Shown here: positions 27,364 through 37,962 of the stretch, piece by piece | How positions within the stretch are numbered: the stretch's first letter is position 1 | Layout: each line of letters opens with the position of its first letter | Assembly: GCA_036337435.1 (NCBI GenBank) | Contig: JAYZEG010000001.1 | Coordinates: 132,969-196,968, forward strand | DNA: 64,000 nucleotides | Direction: 5' to 3' | DNA from: Myxococcota bacterium | GTDB taxonomy: Bacteria; Myxococcota_A; Bradymonadia; UBA7976; UBA1532 | Program-made: the position numbers and the translations under genes | Notes under the pieces: model-generated | The model's database searches: none | Told to the model about the DNA's origin: nothing | The model's input: the letters and a program-made list of their open reading frames with translations, nothing else

Positions 27364-28299
27364 GTGAGATATGCTCTGTCCATATTGCTGTTCGCGCTTT
27401 TCCCTCTGACCAGCTGGGGGCAGGCTGACTCCAATCTCTTGATGCGATTTAACGACACTGCAAACCAAGCAACGGACGCAGAAGAAAAGCACGGCATCGA
27501 TGTCGCGATCGCCGTTTATGAAGAAGCTTTACTCGAACCCGAGAATGATGATTATGGCGGCTTACACCTGCGATTAGGACAGCTTCAAACCAAGGCTGGT
27601 CGAACGGTATTGGCCGCCTACCATTTTAGCAAATGTGTGCGGGATGAACGGGTTGATTCCCTTGACAGGGACGTCATCTGCAAGAATGGTTTCCAAGCAG
27701 TCACAGCTGAACTCACGGTCGTGAATCTACCATTCGACTCGGTGATGACTGTCGTCGAACCACCACAATTTGCGGGTCCGTTTAAATCAGGTAATCGCCT
27801 ACCGAGAGGGATTATTCGACTCGAGGTACGCGCTCCGGGACAACAAGATGAAGTCTTCACAATCGCTTTGAATGATGATCTTGTTTGGCAGGGCAAGACC
27901 GGGCTCAAAAAACGACGAGGTCCACTGGTCCCAGATGACTTCCTGGTCCAAGATGAACCGAAAGAGCCTAGCCGGAAGGAACAGGAGAAGGCTCTAGAAC
28001 CGGTCAAAATAGAGCCGACCTCCAAAGCCATCCGTTGGCCCAGTTATCTCACAGCCGCCCTTGGTGTGGGTCTTGTGGGTGCCGGCATCGGAGTGGGCAT
28101 TGATAACAGAAATTACCTGGATGGCATTCGTGAACGAGAACAGAGCGGATGGTGTGCTGTCCACTACTGCCTACGAGATTTTAACACCGCGAAGGATCGC
28201 GCTCAGCTAGCCGACGGTCTTTGGATCGGTGGCGCAGTGACCATGGCTACGTCTCTGGTCCTGTGGTTCCTCTTGGACGGGGAGGACGAAGACCAATGA
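27364..28299 (+). CDS. exported TPR + PEGA-like protein with C-terminal hydrophobic segments
   Basis: Signal peptide, TPR-like LHLRLGQLQ..AG....AAYHF, beta-rich ...IRLEVRAPG, and two Gly-rich hydrophobic C-terminal segments. This architecture is common next to myxobacterial kinases. Confidence 0.6.
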   Translation: MRYALSILLFALFPLTSWGQADSNLLMRFNDTANQATDAEEKHGIDVAIAVYEEALLEPENDDYGGLHLRLGQLQTKAGRTVLAAYHFSKCVRDERVDSLDRDVICKNGFQAVTAELTVVNLPFDSVMTVVEPPQFAGPFKSGNRLPRGIIRLEVRAPGQQDEVFTIALNDDLVWQGKTGLKKRRGPLVPDDFLVQDEPKEPSRKEQEKALEPVKIEPTSKAIRWPSYLTAALGVGLVGAGIGVGIDNRNYLDGIREREQSGWCAVHYCLRDFNTAKDRAQLADGLWIGGAVTMATSLVLWFLLDGEDEDQ

Positions 28300-28931
28300 A
28301 ACGAATCATCCTCGTTGCCCTGAGCCTATCCATAGGCTGCTTCTCGGAAGACGACTTTAATCCAAAACCCTATGACGGCTCCGGCTCATGCAGTGCAGAC
28401 AATGCATGCTTATACCAAAATGATGAGGTCAGAATTTGCGTTGAGAATCAATGCGTCGCTCCCTATTTCGAAGCACCTCAATATTCGCCCATCATTGGAG
28501 ATTTTAGTGAGAGCGTAGACTACCTTGGCAACGGCACCGTTGTCCTGGGCGAGGGGTTTGGTTCGTCAAATGATCAAGGGCGGGTCCGCTTCAGATCGAA
28601 TGGCGGCCTCGAGGATAGTGCCATCAAAATCAAGGCAGACGACATTATCATCGAGGGGCAACTTGTGGCGATGAGTCCCAATATGCGGATTGAGATTCAG
28701 GCTGCTGGTAATATCTGGATCAAGCAAAGTGCACGCATTATCTCGAGCGATAACAGTCAACAAAATCAAGCGTCATTTGTCATCCAAGCGGACAACGCGC
28801 TCTACATTGACCGCGGTGTAAATCTCTTCGAAACAGGGACTTGTAATTGCTATTTCGACGCCAACGACAACCGGAGCGAACTCGCCTGTGTGAGCGGACA
28901 ATGTACTCGTCTCGCACCACTGTCCCGTTAA
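28296..28931 (+). CDS. Cys-containing lipoprotein
   Basis: MKRIILVALSLSIG|C lipobox, ATGA overlap, GGAGG RBS. Small Cys clusters at both ends flank a beta-rich core. Confidence 0.7.
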   Translation: MKRIILVALSLSIGCFSEDDFNPKPYDGSGSCSADNACLYQNDEVRICVENQCVAPYFEAPQYSPIIGDFSESVDYLGNGTVVLGEGFGSSNDQGRVRFRSNGGLEDSAIKIKADDIIIEGQLVAMSPNMRIEIQAAGNIWIKQSARIISSDNSQQNQASFVIQADNALYIDRGVNLFETGTCNCYFDANDNRSELACVSGQCTRLAPLSR

Positions 28932-28948
28932 TTGCGGCTATCGTGCGT

Positions 28949-30310
28949 TCAAAATAGAACGTCTAGGAGCTGCTGAATTCCACTCACGCCGTAGTACGTT
29001 AGGTCGGGATGCGCTTTCAGTTCCGACGCATTACCTTCAGGCAGAACCAGTCGCCGAAAACCAAGCTGCTGTGCCTCTGCGACTCGGGCTGGTGCGCTCA
29101 CAACCGCACGGACTTCACCACCAAGTCCAAGTTCACCAAAGATCACGGCATCAGTCGGCACAGGACGATCTAGATGACTGGATGCGAGCGCAGCGGCAAT
29201 GGCCAAATCAACCGCCGGCTCGTCTAACCTGAGACCGCCTGCCACGTTGACAAAAACATCGCATCCCGAAATATCCAATTGAGCCTTTTTTTCAAGCACA
29301 GCCAGCAGCAATGACACGCGGCTCGAGTCTACGCCGACGGCAGTGCGTCGCGCATGACCCCCGCCAGCTGGGGTCACCAATGCTTGTACCTCAACGAGCA
29401 GAGGGCGAGTGCCTTCAAAACTGGCTGCAACGACAGACCCCGACGAACCCATCGCTCTCTCAGCGAGAAAAAACGCCGATGGATTGCTCACTTCTGACAG
29501 CCCCGAGTTACCCATTTCAAAGGCCCCGATTTCATCTGTGGACCCAAACCGATTCTTGACAGCCCTCAAAATTCTGAATGCATGGCCCCGTTGACCTTGT
29601 AAATATAGCACCGTGTCGACCATGTGTTCGAGAACTCGTGGCCCCGCAATCGCGCCTTCCTTGGTGACGTGTCCGATGACAAAAGTAGCGATGTCTCGAC
29701 CTTTGGCAATGGCCATGAGACGCGCCGTGATCGCCCGCAACTGGCTGACACTGCCTGGAGCAGCTTGAACGTCATCGCTGTACAGTGTCTGAATTGAATC
29801 AATGACCAACATATCTGGCTTGTTTTTGGCAACATGATCCTCGATTGCGCGCAACGATGTTTCAGCCATAATCCAAAGACTTTTTGAACGGGCACCGATT
29901 CGGTCGAATCGCAACTTTGTCTGTCGCGTAGACTCTTCGCCGGTCACATAAAGAACGGTGGCCCCCGAGCTGGCACTTTTGTCGCTCGCTTGAAGGAGAA
30001 GTGTTGACTTCCCAATTCCCGGATCGCCGCCAACAAGCACCAAAGACCCGGGCACCAAACCGCCTCCCAGAACACGATCAAGTTCAATGATGCCGGTCTG
30101 CTTGCGTTCAACGGCAGAGCCCTCTACGTCCACGAGCCGAATGGGGGCTGCACTGTCAGTCAAACGTATGGCGCCGACCGGTGCATCAGCCGCAATGGCC
30201 ATCTCGACGACTGTCCCCCAGTCATTACACGCAGTGCACCGACCGGTCCACTTTGCATATTCTTGACCACAGCTCTGGCAAACAAAGCGTGTTTTTTTCT
30301 TAGCCATCAC
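28949..30310 (-). CDS. radA: DNA repair protein RadA/Sms
   Basis: C4 zinc finger CQSCG..W.GRC..C..W, Walker A GDPGIGKST, KNRFG, C-terminal Lon-like EVQALV...GELGLGGEVR. Confidence 0.98.
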   Translation of the reverse strand: MMAKKKTRFVCQSCGQEYAKWTGRCTACNDWGTVVEMAIAADAPVGAIRLTDSAAPIRLVDVEGSAVERKQTGIIELDRVLGGGLVPGSLVLVGGDPGIGKSTLLLQASDKSASSGATVLYVTGEESTRQTKLRFDRIGARSKSLWIMAETSLRAIEDHVAKNKPDMLVIDSIQTLYSDDVQAAPGSVSQLRAITARLMAIAKGRDIATFVIGHVTKEGAIAGPRVLEHMVDTVLYLQGQRGHAFRILRAVKNRFGSTDEIGAFEMGNSGLSEVSNPSAFFLAERAMGSSGSVVAASFEGTRPLLVEVQALVTPAGGGHARRTAVGVDSSRVSLLLAVLEKKAQLDISGCDVFVNVAGGLRLDEPAVDLAIAAALASSHLDRPVPTDAVIFGELGLGGEVRAVVSAPARVAEAQQLGFRRLVLPEGNASELKAHPDLTYYGVSGIQQLLDVLF

Positions 30311-30326
30311 CAGTTCCTTTCAGCGA

Positions 30327-30977
30327 CTAATCTATTCGGAAACCTAAGGCGAACGTTGCAGAAAATGGCGTCGATACCCGACCGACACCTCCGTATAAAG
30401 CCAAGCCAAAATCGGACCGAGTAAACAAGGTCGAGCCTAAATCCCAGTCCAAACCAACGCCGGCACGAAGTCCAAAACCACCGGTTGTCCCGTTCTCTTG
30501 GTTGTAGAATTTAGGCTCGCCAAAGGTGGCCTTTGGACCATTCAAATCGGTGGCGGCGGCCAACGCAAATCGATAATAGGGCTTTAAGGACCCAGAAAAA
30601 TAGCTCCGTTCAATACTCAGGAGATCAATGGACAAGAATCGCCGCCCGTCGGCTTTCAAATCGTCCACCAAGAGAATTTGCCAGGCAAGTCGGGCGTGGC
30701 CAACCTCATAGCCATACCCAAGTGCCAATTGAGTGGATAGAGACTGTTTAAATGCAGATGGGCCACGGGGCCAAGCATGTGGACCTATCGCCAACCATAC
30801 TCTCGATTGACCGGACGTATTCTCCAAATGCCTCGCTGAACCTAGGTCGATGCCCGGATTTGCAAACGCATCGTCGTGCAAGCTCATTGCAGTAAACAAT
30901 GCCACAGACCACAGTAAACCCAGCGGCCTCGACGAGCATCTCAACTTCGTAGCCACGAACCATCTACCTATCACCAA
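30327..30977 (-). CDS. hypothetical exported protein, possible small outer-membrane beta-barrel
   Basis: Signal-like N-terminus, alternating aromatic/Gly strands (LALGYGYE, GLRAGVGLDW), terminal ATFALGFR. The start is uncertain. Confidence 0.5.
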   Translation of the reverse strand: MVIGRWFVATKLRCSSRPLGLLWSVALFTAMSLHDDAFANPGIDLGSARHLENTSGQSRVWLAIGPHAWPRGPSAFKQSLSTQLALGYGYEVGHARLAWQILLVDDLKADGRRFLSIDLLSIERSYFSGSLKPYYRFALAAATDLNGPKATFGEPKFYNQENGTTGGFGLRAGVGLDWDLGSTLFTRSDFGLALYGGVGRVSTPFSATFALGFRID

Positions 30978-31087
30978 GGGGTCTCTCCCGCTCTCTATAT
31001 GGCTATCGACTACACTATGGCATTGACCGAAGATTGGCGAGAACCCATCGTGGTATTTGTGGTCTTAAGGAGAGTTAGGCAAACCAC

Positions 31088-34000
31088 ATGAATATGCTCT
31101 GCTTCATAATCATGGCGCAAGCCATGACGACCCCACTCGATCCAATCCGCTTGGATGCCGAGACCCGATTGGTCCGTGTGGAATCAAGACGCGCCAGCGT
31201 GGCTGGCAGCGTGGAACTGATTCGGCTGAACCATGTCCGAGATTGGCTCCCCCTTGGCTACGTTGACAAAGCATTGGACCAGGCGATTTCACAAACTGAT
31301 CGGCACCCACTCAACCGGGCTGTTGCACTGTGGCTGAAACATCAAAATGCCCTGGTGAATTTCGACACAGAAACCGCGGCAGCCACCAGAATAAGTCTCG
31401 GACTACTCAACCAATTTAACTATAAGATTGGTCCCGCCCCGCACCCCACAGCCAATTATCAGAGTACATCATGGACAGCATTCCCGTCTGCCAAGTCAAC
31501 CGGTCTACTTCGTGTGGGGGCTTTCGTATCTGAGGTCGAGTCTCGAAAAGTCACCCTCATCACAGACCTATTCGTTGACGAAAAGACGGCTGGAGTCCTT
31601 CGCTTCGGATACGGCCAGGGTGTGAAGATCTGGCTCAACGGAGACTTAATGTTTAGGTCCAACGAAGCCCATGATGCGTGGCTCGACCAATATGGTGTCG
31701 TCGTTCACCTGCGCAAGGGTCGAAATCGATTAATGGTGGAACTGGCTGACCCCAGCCAGCGTTGGACATTTGTGGCGCGAATCACCGATAGCCAAGGGCA
31801 CCTATTGCCATTGACGCATTCTCGGCCCGTCGATGTCCCGGTGCCGGAGGCCGTTGACGGACCTTTGACCGATGGGCCCGTTGTGCCTTGGGCTGTCTTT
31901 TCTGAGACCTTAAAGGTTGACCCACCGGAGGTCGAGGCCCTGATCGATTTGGCCTGGTACGCCTATGCGTCCAAGCTCCCGAACAAAGACAAGAGTTTGA
32001 TTCAGGTTGCGCTCAATGGCGCATTTGAAACTCGGCCAGACGCAGAAACCTTGCATGCATGGACCCTCGTCTTAGACTCAGATCGCGCGGCTCAAGTTCG
32101 ACAGCAATACAGCAAGACAGCTGGACAGAGCGGTCATTTGGCCCATCAACTCTACGTTCAGACTGCCCTCATTTGGGACCACGTGTTCGAACGTCGACTC
32201 AACTTAGCTTGGCCACTTGCTCAGACAGTGCGTGCCCGATTCGAGCGCAGTGGTCCGATCCAACGAGTTTGGGCTTTGCTTCATGAAGACTTAGGCTGGG
32301 TTCAATCAGCGGCCTTCTTAGCGCAGAGTGCTGCTGACGACCGCCGACGGCAAGGATTGTCTAAAACCATCGCGTCAACGCTTCAAAATGCTGGTCGTAT
32401 CAATCATGAACTGGCCCATCTCCGCCAAGCCATGAAGATGAATCTAGCAACGGAAGATCAACGCTTAAGGTTAGCCTTCATTGAGAGAAGACGTGGGAAT
32501 TCTGAGAGAGCAGATCAGCTCGTCTCCGAGATGGTCAAAATAAAGCCAGAACTGTGGCGTCACCAACTAACTGCGGTTGAAGCACTCCTTGAGCGGAATC
32601 GCTATGAGGCAGCCCTCTTGATCCTAGACGACCTGGAAAAAATAGCACCTCATCATTCTGCTTGGGTCGAGACTCGAATCGATGCGCTTCTGGCTTTAGG
32701 CCGGGTAGCCGAGGCCATAACCCTGATCAAACGAATGGCACCCCGGCTAGATGAAGACGTGCTTGATCGACTCCGGCTGGCGGTCAATTTGTCTCATCCG
32801 AAGCCTCGTCTAGGACCACCGACGTCAACGCTCAGTGACATCCCCTGCACTGGACCCATCGCTCGAGTGCTGCACCACCATGCACGCACAGAACTCAACG
32901 ACGATGGGCGGGCGACTCGATGGGTTAGACGGGTGATTAAGATTTGCGACCGGGTTGGCGCAGAACGCTATTCAAGCATGGATATTTATCATGCACCCAA
33001 CAGCCAAGCACTCGACATTGTTCGCGCTCAACGGCTGGGAAACACGGGTGGTCAGAATGCAAAAAGAAGCGGCCGGTCGCTGTCGGATCCAGACAACCGA
33101 ATTTATTTCGATTTGAGGGCCGAGACATTGGACTTTGATGGGTCGCAACCAGGTGACATCATCGAGGTGATGTGGCAGTTACGGGACACGGTTCCACATC
33201 CGGCCATGCCGGGTCATTATGGTGAAATAGCCTATCTTCAAGAGGAAATACCGCGCGTTACATCCGTACTCGAGTTTGCCAGCAGCCCAAGCAAAAACCT
33301 CCATGTTGGCATCGAGGCTAAGGGGCTTCAAATAAACCGTTCCCCAGGCCGAATTGTGGTCAAAGACGTCCCTGGAATACCGGTCCAGAACCGGGGGCCA
33401 GGGGTCACAAATCGATTTGGCTACGTCCACTTGAGTACACAGAAAAAGTGGGCCAGCGTCGATACATTGTACAAAGCACTTCTGGGCAAACGAGCAAAAC
33501 CCACACCCGAGCTGGTTAAATTAGCCCGATCGCAGATTCGGCCGTCGATGCCCGCCATAGAACGAATTGAGGCGTTGTATCAGCTGGTTGCCGGACGGAT
33601 CCGATATGTGGGCCTAGAGTACGGCATTCATAGTTTTCAGCCTGCGTACGCGTCGGACACCCTCAATCGCGGTTACGGTGATTGTAAAGATAAGGCCGTC
33701 CTGTTGCTGGCCTTACTCGAGGCCATTGGCATAGACGGCCGTTTTGTGCTGGTCCGTACGCGCTCATCAGGTCCCCTCGGACTCGAGCCGGCCAGCCTCT
33801 CCGTATTCGACCACGCGATTATCTATATACCCAGTCTTGGCCGGTTTATGGATCCAACAGTTGCTGATTTCGATCCATGGACCTTACCGACGGAGGATCA
33901 AGGGGCAACAGCTTTGATCATAGGCTCAGAAAAGCTGACGCGCATTCCATTCATGGACCCAGACCAACAACATGAGGCATGGACGTTAGAGCTACGATGG

Positions 34001-34594
34001 AATAACGGGTTGGCAGATGGAACGGTAAAATTGGCAACTCGAGGTCAGCCCGCCACCGAGCTGAGACGCGCGCTCCTACAACCGACTCAACAGACCCAGA
34101 ACATCAATCAATGGCTCAATCGACTCCTACCCAATCATCTCTTTAAGCAGTACCAATTTGGTGGTGTTGAGCCTGTATCAGACCCCGTCACGATCATCGG
34201 ACAAATCCAACCGCTCGTAGGGCAAAACACCCGTGCAAACAGTCCGCTATTCGTGGGTCTCGCGCCCTGGAATCTCGTCAATCAATGGGCGCCCGAAGCC
34301 ATGCGCGACGGGCCGTTAATCCTTCCGCACAAGTACCTGCGCACGGTCACATACAGCCTTACTCATGATCCAAAAACGCGTTTCGAAACCAACCTAAAAC
34401 GCCTGATCAAGAGCCCATTTGGGTTTTTTTCTGCCCATATCGAACAACAGGGGACTCGCTTAGAAGTCCGACTGAAGTTGTCTATATCAACCACGATGGT
34501 CCCTAGAGAGGAGTATGGCAAGTTCAGGTCTTGGCTTGCTGAAATTGATGCAGCTCTAACAACTCAAATGAGAATCACACATGATGGGATTTAG
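31088..34594 (+). CDS. TPR + DUF3857 + transglutaminase-like protein (intact triad)
   Basis: TPR helices, DUF3857-like region (QPGDIIEV), IRYVGLEYG, GYGDCKDKA (Cys), FDHAI (His), FMDPT (Asp), C-terminal SPFG.F. Confidence 0.85.
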   Translation: MNMLCFIIMAQAMTTPLDPIRLDAETRLVRVESRRASVAGSVELIRLNHVRDWLPLGYVDKALDQAISQTDRHPLNRAVALWLKHQNALVNFDTETAAATRISLGLLNQFNYKIGPAPHPTANYQSTSWTAFPSAKSTGLLRVGAFVSEVESRKVTLITDLFVDEKTAGVLRFGYGQGVKIWLNGDLMFRSNEAHDAWLDQYGVVVHLRKGRNRLMVELADPSQRWTFVARITDSQGHLLPLTHSRPVDVPVPEAVDGPLTDGPVVPWAVFSETLKVDPPEVEALIDLAWYAYASKLPNKDKSLIQVALNGAFETRPDAETLHAWTLVLDSDRAAQVRQQYSKTAGQSGHLAHQLYVQTALIWDHVFERRLNLAWPLAQTVRARFERSGPIQRVWALLHEDLGWVQSAAFLAQSAADDRRRQGLSKTIASTLQNAGRINHELAHLRQAMKMNLATEDQRLRLAFIERRRGNSERADQLVSEMVKIKPELWRHQLTAVEALLERNRYEAALLILDDLEKIAPHHSAWVETRIDALLALGRVAEAITLIKRMAPRLDEDVLDRLRLAVNLSHPKPRLGPPTSTLSDIPCTGPIARVLHHHARTELNDDGRATRWVRRVIKICDRVGAERYSSMDIYHAPNSQALDIVRAQRLGNTGGQNAKRSGRSLSDPDNRIYFDLRAETLDFDGSQPGDIIEVMWQLRDTVPHPAMPGHYGEIAYLQEEIPRVTSVLEFASSPSKNLHVGIEAKGLQINRSPGRIVVKDVPGIPVQNRGPGVTNRFGYVHLSTQKKWASVDTLYKALLGKRAKPTPELVKLARSQIRPSMPAIERIEALYQLVAGRIRYVGLEYGIHSFQPAYASDTLNRGYGDCKDKAVLLLALLEAIGIDGRFVLVRTRSSGPLGLEPASLSVFDHAIIYIPSLGRFMDPTVADFDPWTLPTEDQGATALIIGSEKLTRIPFMDPDQQHEAWTLELRWNNGLADGTVKLATRGQPATELRRALLQPTQQTQNINQWLNRLLPNHLFKQYQFGGVEPVSDPVTIIGQIQPLVGQNTRANSPLFVGLAPWNLVNQWAPEAMRDGPLILPHKYLRTVTYSLTHDPKTRFETNLKRLIKSPFGFFSAHIEQQGTRLEVRLKLSISTTMVPREEYGKFRSWLAEIDAALTTQMRITHDGI

Positions 34595-37500
34595 GGCCTT
34601 TACCAGGCTAATACCGATGATGGCCCTGCTGGGCTGTGGCAGCATGCCCGTTGCGAAATTCGATGAGCAGAGGCGACACCTGTTCGAGCAAGTCGGTAAA
34701 TCACCAAGACAGTGGGCAGAAATGGGTTGGTGGCACTATCTTGCCGATGAGGCTGCATCAGCAAAAGACGCATTTTCAAAAGCAAATCAAGAACCACTGG
34801 CCTTACTAGGGCGCGCTCAAATGGCCCTCGATCAGGCTCACGTGAAGCGTGCCAATGCACTACTGGCGGCGATCCCTGAGACAGGCCTAGTCGGTCGGAT
34901 CGCCAAACGTCTCAGACAAGAGAAAGATGACCAACTGGAGGCAGAAATCAATCCTCAATGGGTCTGGACAGGGTCTGTTAGCCCATGGCCCCACCTTGGG
35001 CTTCATCACTTGAAAGGTCTTAATCCCGTCTACATGCCGAGCACCATCAAATACGGTGAAAACCAAGTTAAACTTGGGGCCCAACAGCCAAAATCAGGAG
35101 TTCACTTTGGGCTCCTGAAAGACGGTCAGATGGGTCATTGCGAGGTTTTGGTAAAAGGGCCCTTTCTCCTGTGGAACCAGGGTTTTAAATCCGAGAATTT
35201 GCTGGGACACCCAAGTGCAAGCCGATGGTATAAGGTCAGACTCAATGCCAATTCAATCTTCGCTTTTACAACACCCCAGCGTCCAAAAATTCGGTGTTTT
35301 CCCGATCTGGGCGAACACATGCATTTGAGCAAACAAGGGCCGCGGATCGATGGCAGACGCACCGGGCCTAACTGGGTTCTCAAATATTTAGACGGACTCG
35401 ATGCTGTCACGCGCCACCAGGGAGACCAGGCTCTCCGGATTTTAGAGGGAATGCCAGATACAAGTGCGTTCAGCCAACTCGCTGCGAGGGCCTATGGAAC
35501 GGTCAATAACAGTCCGAGGTCGGTGGTCTATAAGAGACAAATCAATCTTTGGAAACGAGCGGATGCAAGGGCACCAAGGATCGCTAGACTAAATCTCGCG
35601 ATGCTGTACTTGGACGCAAACGAGTCTAAAAAAGCATACTCAATTCTTCAAAGCTTAAAGGCAATCAGTCGACCAAGTCAGCGATTCCATCGATTGATGA
35701 TCGTCACGTTAGACCAACTTGGCCACAGACGGCGAGTCAGAGATTACCTTGAGCGTCACGGGGGTCGATGCGAACATTTGGAGTTACGGCAAAGGTTGCT
35801 CAGCTACGGTCAGCCGGATGAGTTGGTGGAACGCCTGGTGAGCTGTGGAAAAAATGAGCATGCTGTCGACCTGTTGCTACAATATTTCAGACCAGCAGAC
35901 GCATTGAAGCAGCTGCGTTCTGAGCCGATCATCACCGATGAACAGCGTGTGCTCGAAGCCCGCTGCGAACGCGCTTTGCTCGGTGCTGAAGATCCACAAC
36001 CCGACAGACCTGAGACGGTGCAGGAATTAGACTTGAACAAACTGTCCAATAGTCTAAAACGGACCCCCCAGATGGCCTTTGACGAAGCGGCACGTGCGTG
36101 GGTTCTCAGTCGGATTACGGACCCTGATGCACTCAACATCATGTCAGCTCTTGACCAATGGTCTCCCCTCTCCCATCTCTATCTTGATACAGAGACGCGG
36201 ATTGAGCGTCATCAATCCACGGCATCTAAGGAATCGACGGTGCGTCTACTCGACCACAGCATTTTAGTCTTCGATTCCGAGGGTAAGAGTCTAAGGCGAG
36301 TCCATGAGATTATCTATTTGGCGAATCGGAGTGCGGCCGAAAAATACGCTGAATTAGGCCTTCCGGACGATGCAGTTCCGGTGGCGATATACACCCGAAA
36401 ACAGGATGGACGGATTTTGTTCGCTCAATCGAGTCCTAACAAGGACAGTTTGACCTTGCCGCAATTAGATCGCCGCGATTATATCGTGGCCATTTATTTG
36501 GAGCCAAATAGCGACTCCGGCACATCAGATGGACAATTCATGAGCCAGAGAACCTATTTCGGTGATTATGAGTCCGACATTCAGGAACAACGATTTGACG
36601 TCGTGGTACCCGAGAACGCTGAGGTGCGAGTGGAGTCTCGTTTCAATGCGCCTGTAGCCAAAAAAATGACGATAGCGGACCAAAACATTCTGAGGTTTGA
36701 AACAAACAATCTTAAGGCCATCAGATATGAACTACGGGGTCCCAAAGCTGAGGCTGTCATTCCCTCCGTGAGGCTGGCATCAAGACTCGACCAAGAACAA
36801 CAACTCAACCGACTCAGAGATGGATTTATTTTTTCGCGAGCTCAGACAGATCAGGTGTTAGCCTGGATCAGCGACGGATTTAAACCGAAATCAAAAACAC
36901 CTGATTTCAATCAAATCCTACGGAGAGTTCGGCAGCGTTTCGATGGCTCAACCGGCTTGGTTGGTCATCGAGTGACCCATGGACTCTACGATGGGGTTGG
37001 CCATCGAACAACGGCACTGTCCGCCGTTCTAGACGGCTTAGGAATCTCTCATCGGGTTCTCCTCGCCGGACCGAAGCTGAAACCGGCATATCAAGATTTT
37101 GCTCAGCTGAACGACTTTTCTGATGCACTGATTAAGATCGAGAATGGACCATGGTTATATCCTGGTGCCGACGGTGCACCGGCTGGCTATCTGCCCTTCC
37201 ACTTGCTGGGCGGTTCGACTGTCCAAGTATGGCCACCGACCGCTGGCTGGTCACTGGGAAACATGCCTGAGCATCGAGAGATCACCGACCAGCGTAGCGT
37301 GAGAATGCAGGCTCGTATCATGCCAAATGGAGACATTCAGGGTCGTGTGATTGACGAGTTAATTGGGGCCGAAGCCATCGCGATTGGTGGTATGTTGGAG
37401 CGCTTAACAGACGAAGAAAAGCCTCGACTATTTGAACGCGTTCTCATTAAAGCCATCGCGTCAGGTCGAATCCAAAACTTCGAGATAAATCGTGGCGGAC

Positions 37501-37901
37501 AACAAGACGATACCAAACTTGTGCTTACCTACGATTTCATAGGTAAGATGACATTTCCGAATCGAATTGGGTGTTTTCCCATTCAACCAGGCCGAACGTT
37601 TGCCCCGCTCAAGAGTCGACGAACACCCCTCTACCTGAATCTTCCCGTCGACCAAGTCGTCAAAATCACGTTAGAAACTCCAGAAGAGATCATCATTGAT
37701 TCAAAGAGTGACGGGGTGTCTTTAGGGGGTCATCGATTTGAGCGAACCATCACTCGAGACGGACAAAAGACGGAAATTAGGTGCGCACTTGTCCTAGAAG
37801 GACAGCATATTCATCCAAAGGGATACGGAGATTTTCGAAATTGGTCGTATCAGGTCGATCAACTTGAATACCTAAACATCGTCAAGCCATCCCGAATGTG
37901 A
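34581..37901 (+). CDS. lipoprotein with TPR + DUF3857/transglutaminase-like fold, catalytic residues apparently lost
   Basis: Lipobox LLG|C. Same overall layout as the upstream gene, but GVGHRTTAL / FSDALI / WLYPG at the triad positions. 14-nt overlap with the upstream gene. Confidence 0.65.
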   Translation: MMGFRAFTRLIPMMALLGCGSMPVAKFDEQRRHLFEQVGKSPRQWAEMGWWHYLADEAASAKDAFSKANQEPLALLGRAQMALDQAHVKRANALLAAIPETGLVGRIAKRLRQEKDDQLEAEINPQWVWTGSVSPWPHLGLHHLKGLNPVYMPSTIKYGENQVKLGAQQPKSGVHFGLLKDGQMGHCEVLVKGPFLLWNQGFKSENLLGHPSASRWYKVRLNANSIFAFTTPQRPKIRCFPDLGEHMHLSKQGPRIDGRRTGPNWVLKYLDGLDAVTRHQGDQALRILEGMPDTSAFSQLAARAYGTVNNSPRSVVYKRQINLWKRADARAPRIARLNLAMLYLDANESKKAYSILQSLKAISRPSQRFHRLMIVTLDQLGHRRRVRDYLERHGGRCEHLELRQRLLSYGQPDELVERLVSCGKNEHAVDLLLQYFRPADALKQLRSEPIITDEQRVLEARCERALLGAEDPQPDRPETVQELDLNKLSNSLKRTPQMAFDEAARAWVLSRITDPDALNIMSALDQWSPLSHLYLDTETRIERHQSTASKESTVRLLDHSILVFDSEGKSLRRVHEIIYLANRSAAEKYAELGLPDDAVPVAIYTRKQDGRILFAQSSPNKDSLTLPQLDRRDYIVAIYLEPNSDSGTSDGQFMSQRTYFGDYESDIQEQRFDVVVPENAEVRVESRFNAPVAKKMTIADQNILRFETNNLKAIRYELRGPKAEAVIPSVRLASRLDQEQQLNRLRDGFIFSRAQTDQVLAWISDGFKPKSKTPDFNQILRRVRQRFDGSTGLVGHRVTHGLYDGVGHRTTALSAVLDGLGISHRVLLAGPKLKPAYQDFAQLNDFSDALIKIENGPWLYPGADGAPAGYLPFHLLGGSTVQVWPPTAGWSLGNMPEHREITDQRSVRMQARIMPNGDIQGRVIDELIGAEAIAIGGMLERLTDEEKPRLFERVLIKAIASGRIQNFEINRGGQQDDTKLVLTYDFIGKMTFPNRIGCFPIQPGRTFAPLKSRRTPLYLNLPVDQVVKITLETPEEIIIDSKSDGVSLGGHRFERTITRDGQKTEIRCALVLEGQHIHPKGYGDFRNWSYQVDQLEYLNIVKPSRM

Positions 37902-37962
37902 TTAACTCTCGTCAGCGGGTCTAGGGCCATCCGACAGGCCAAGGGAACGGGATCATCAGGAC

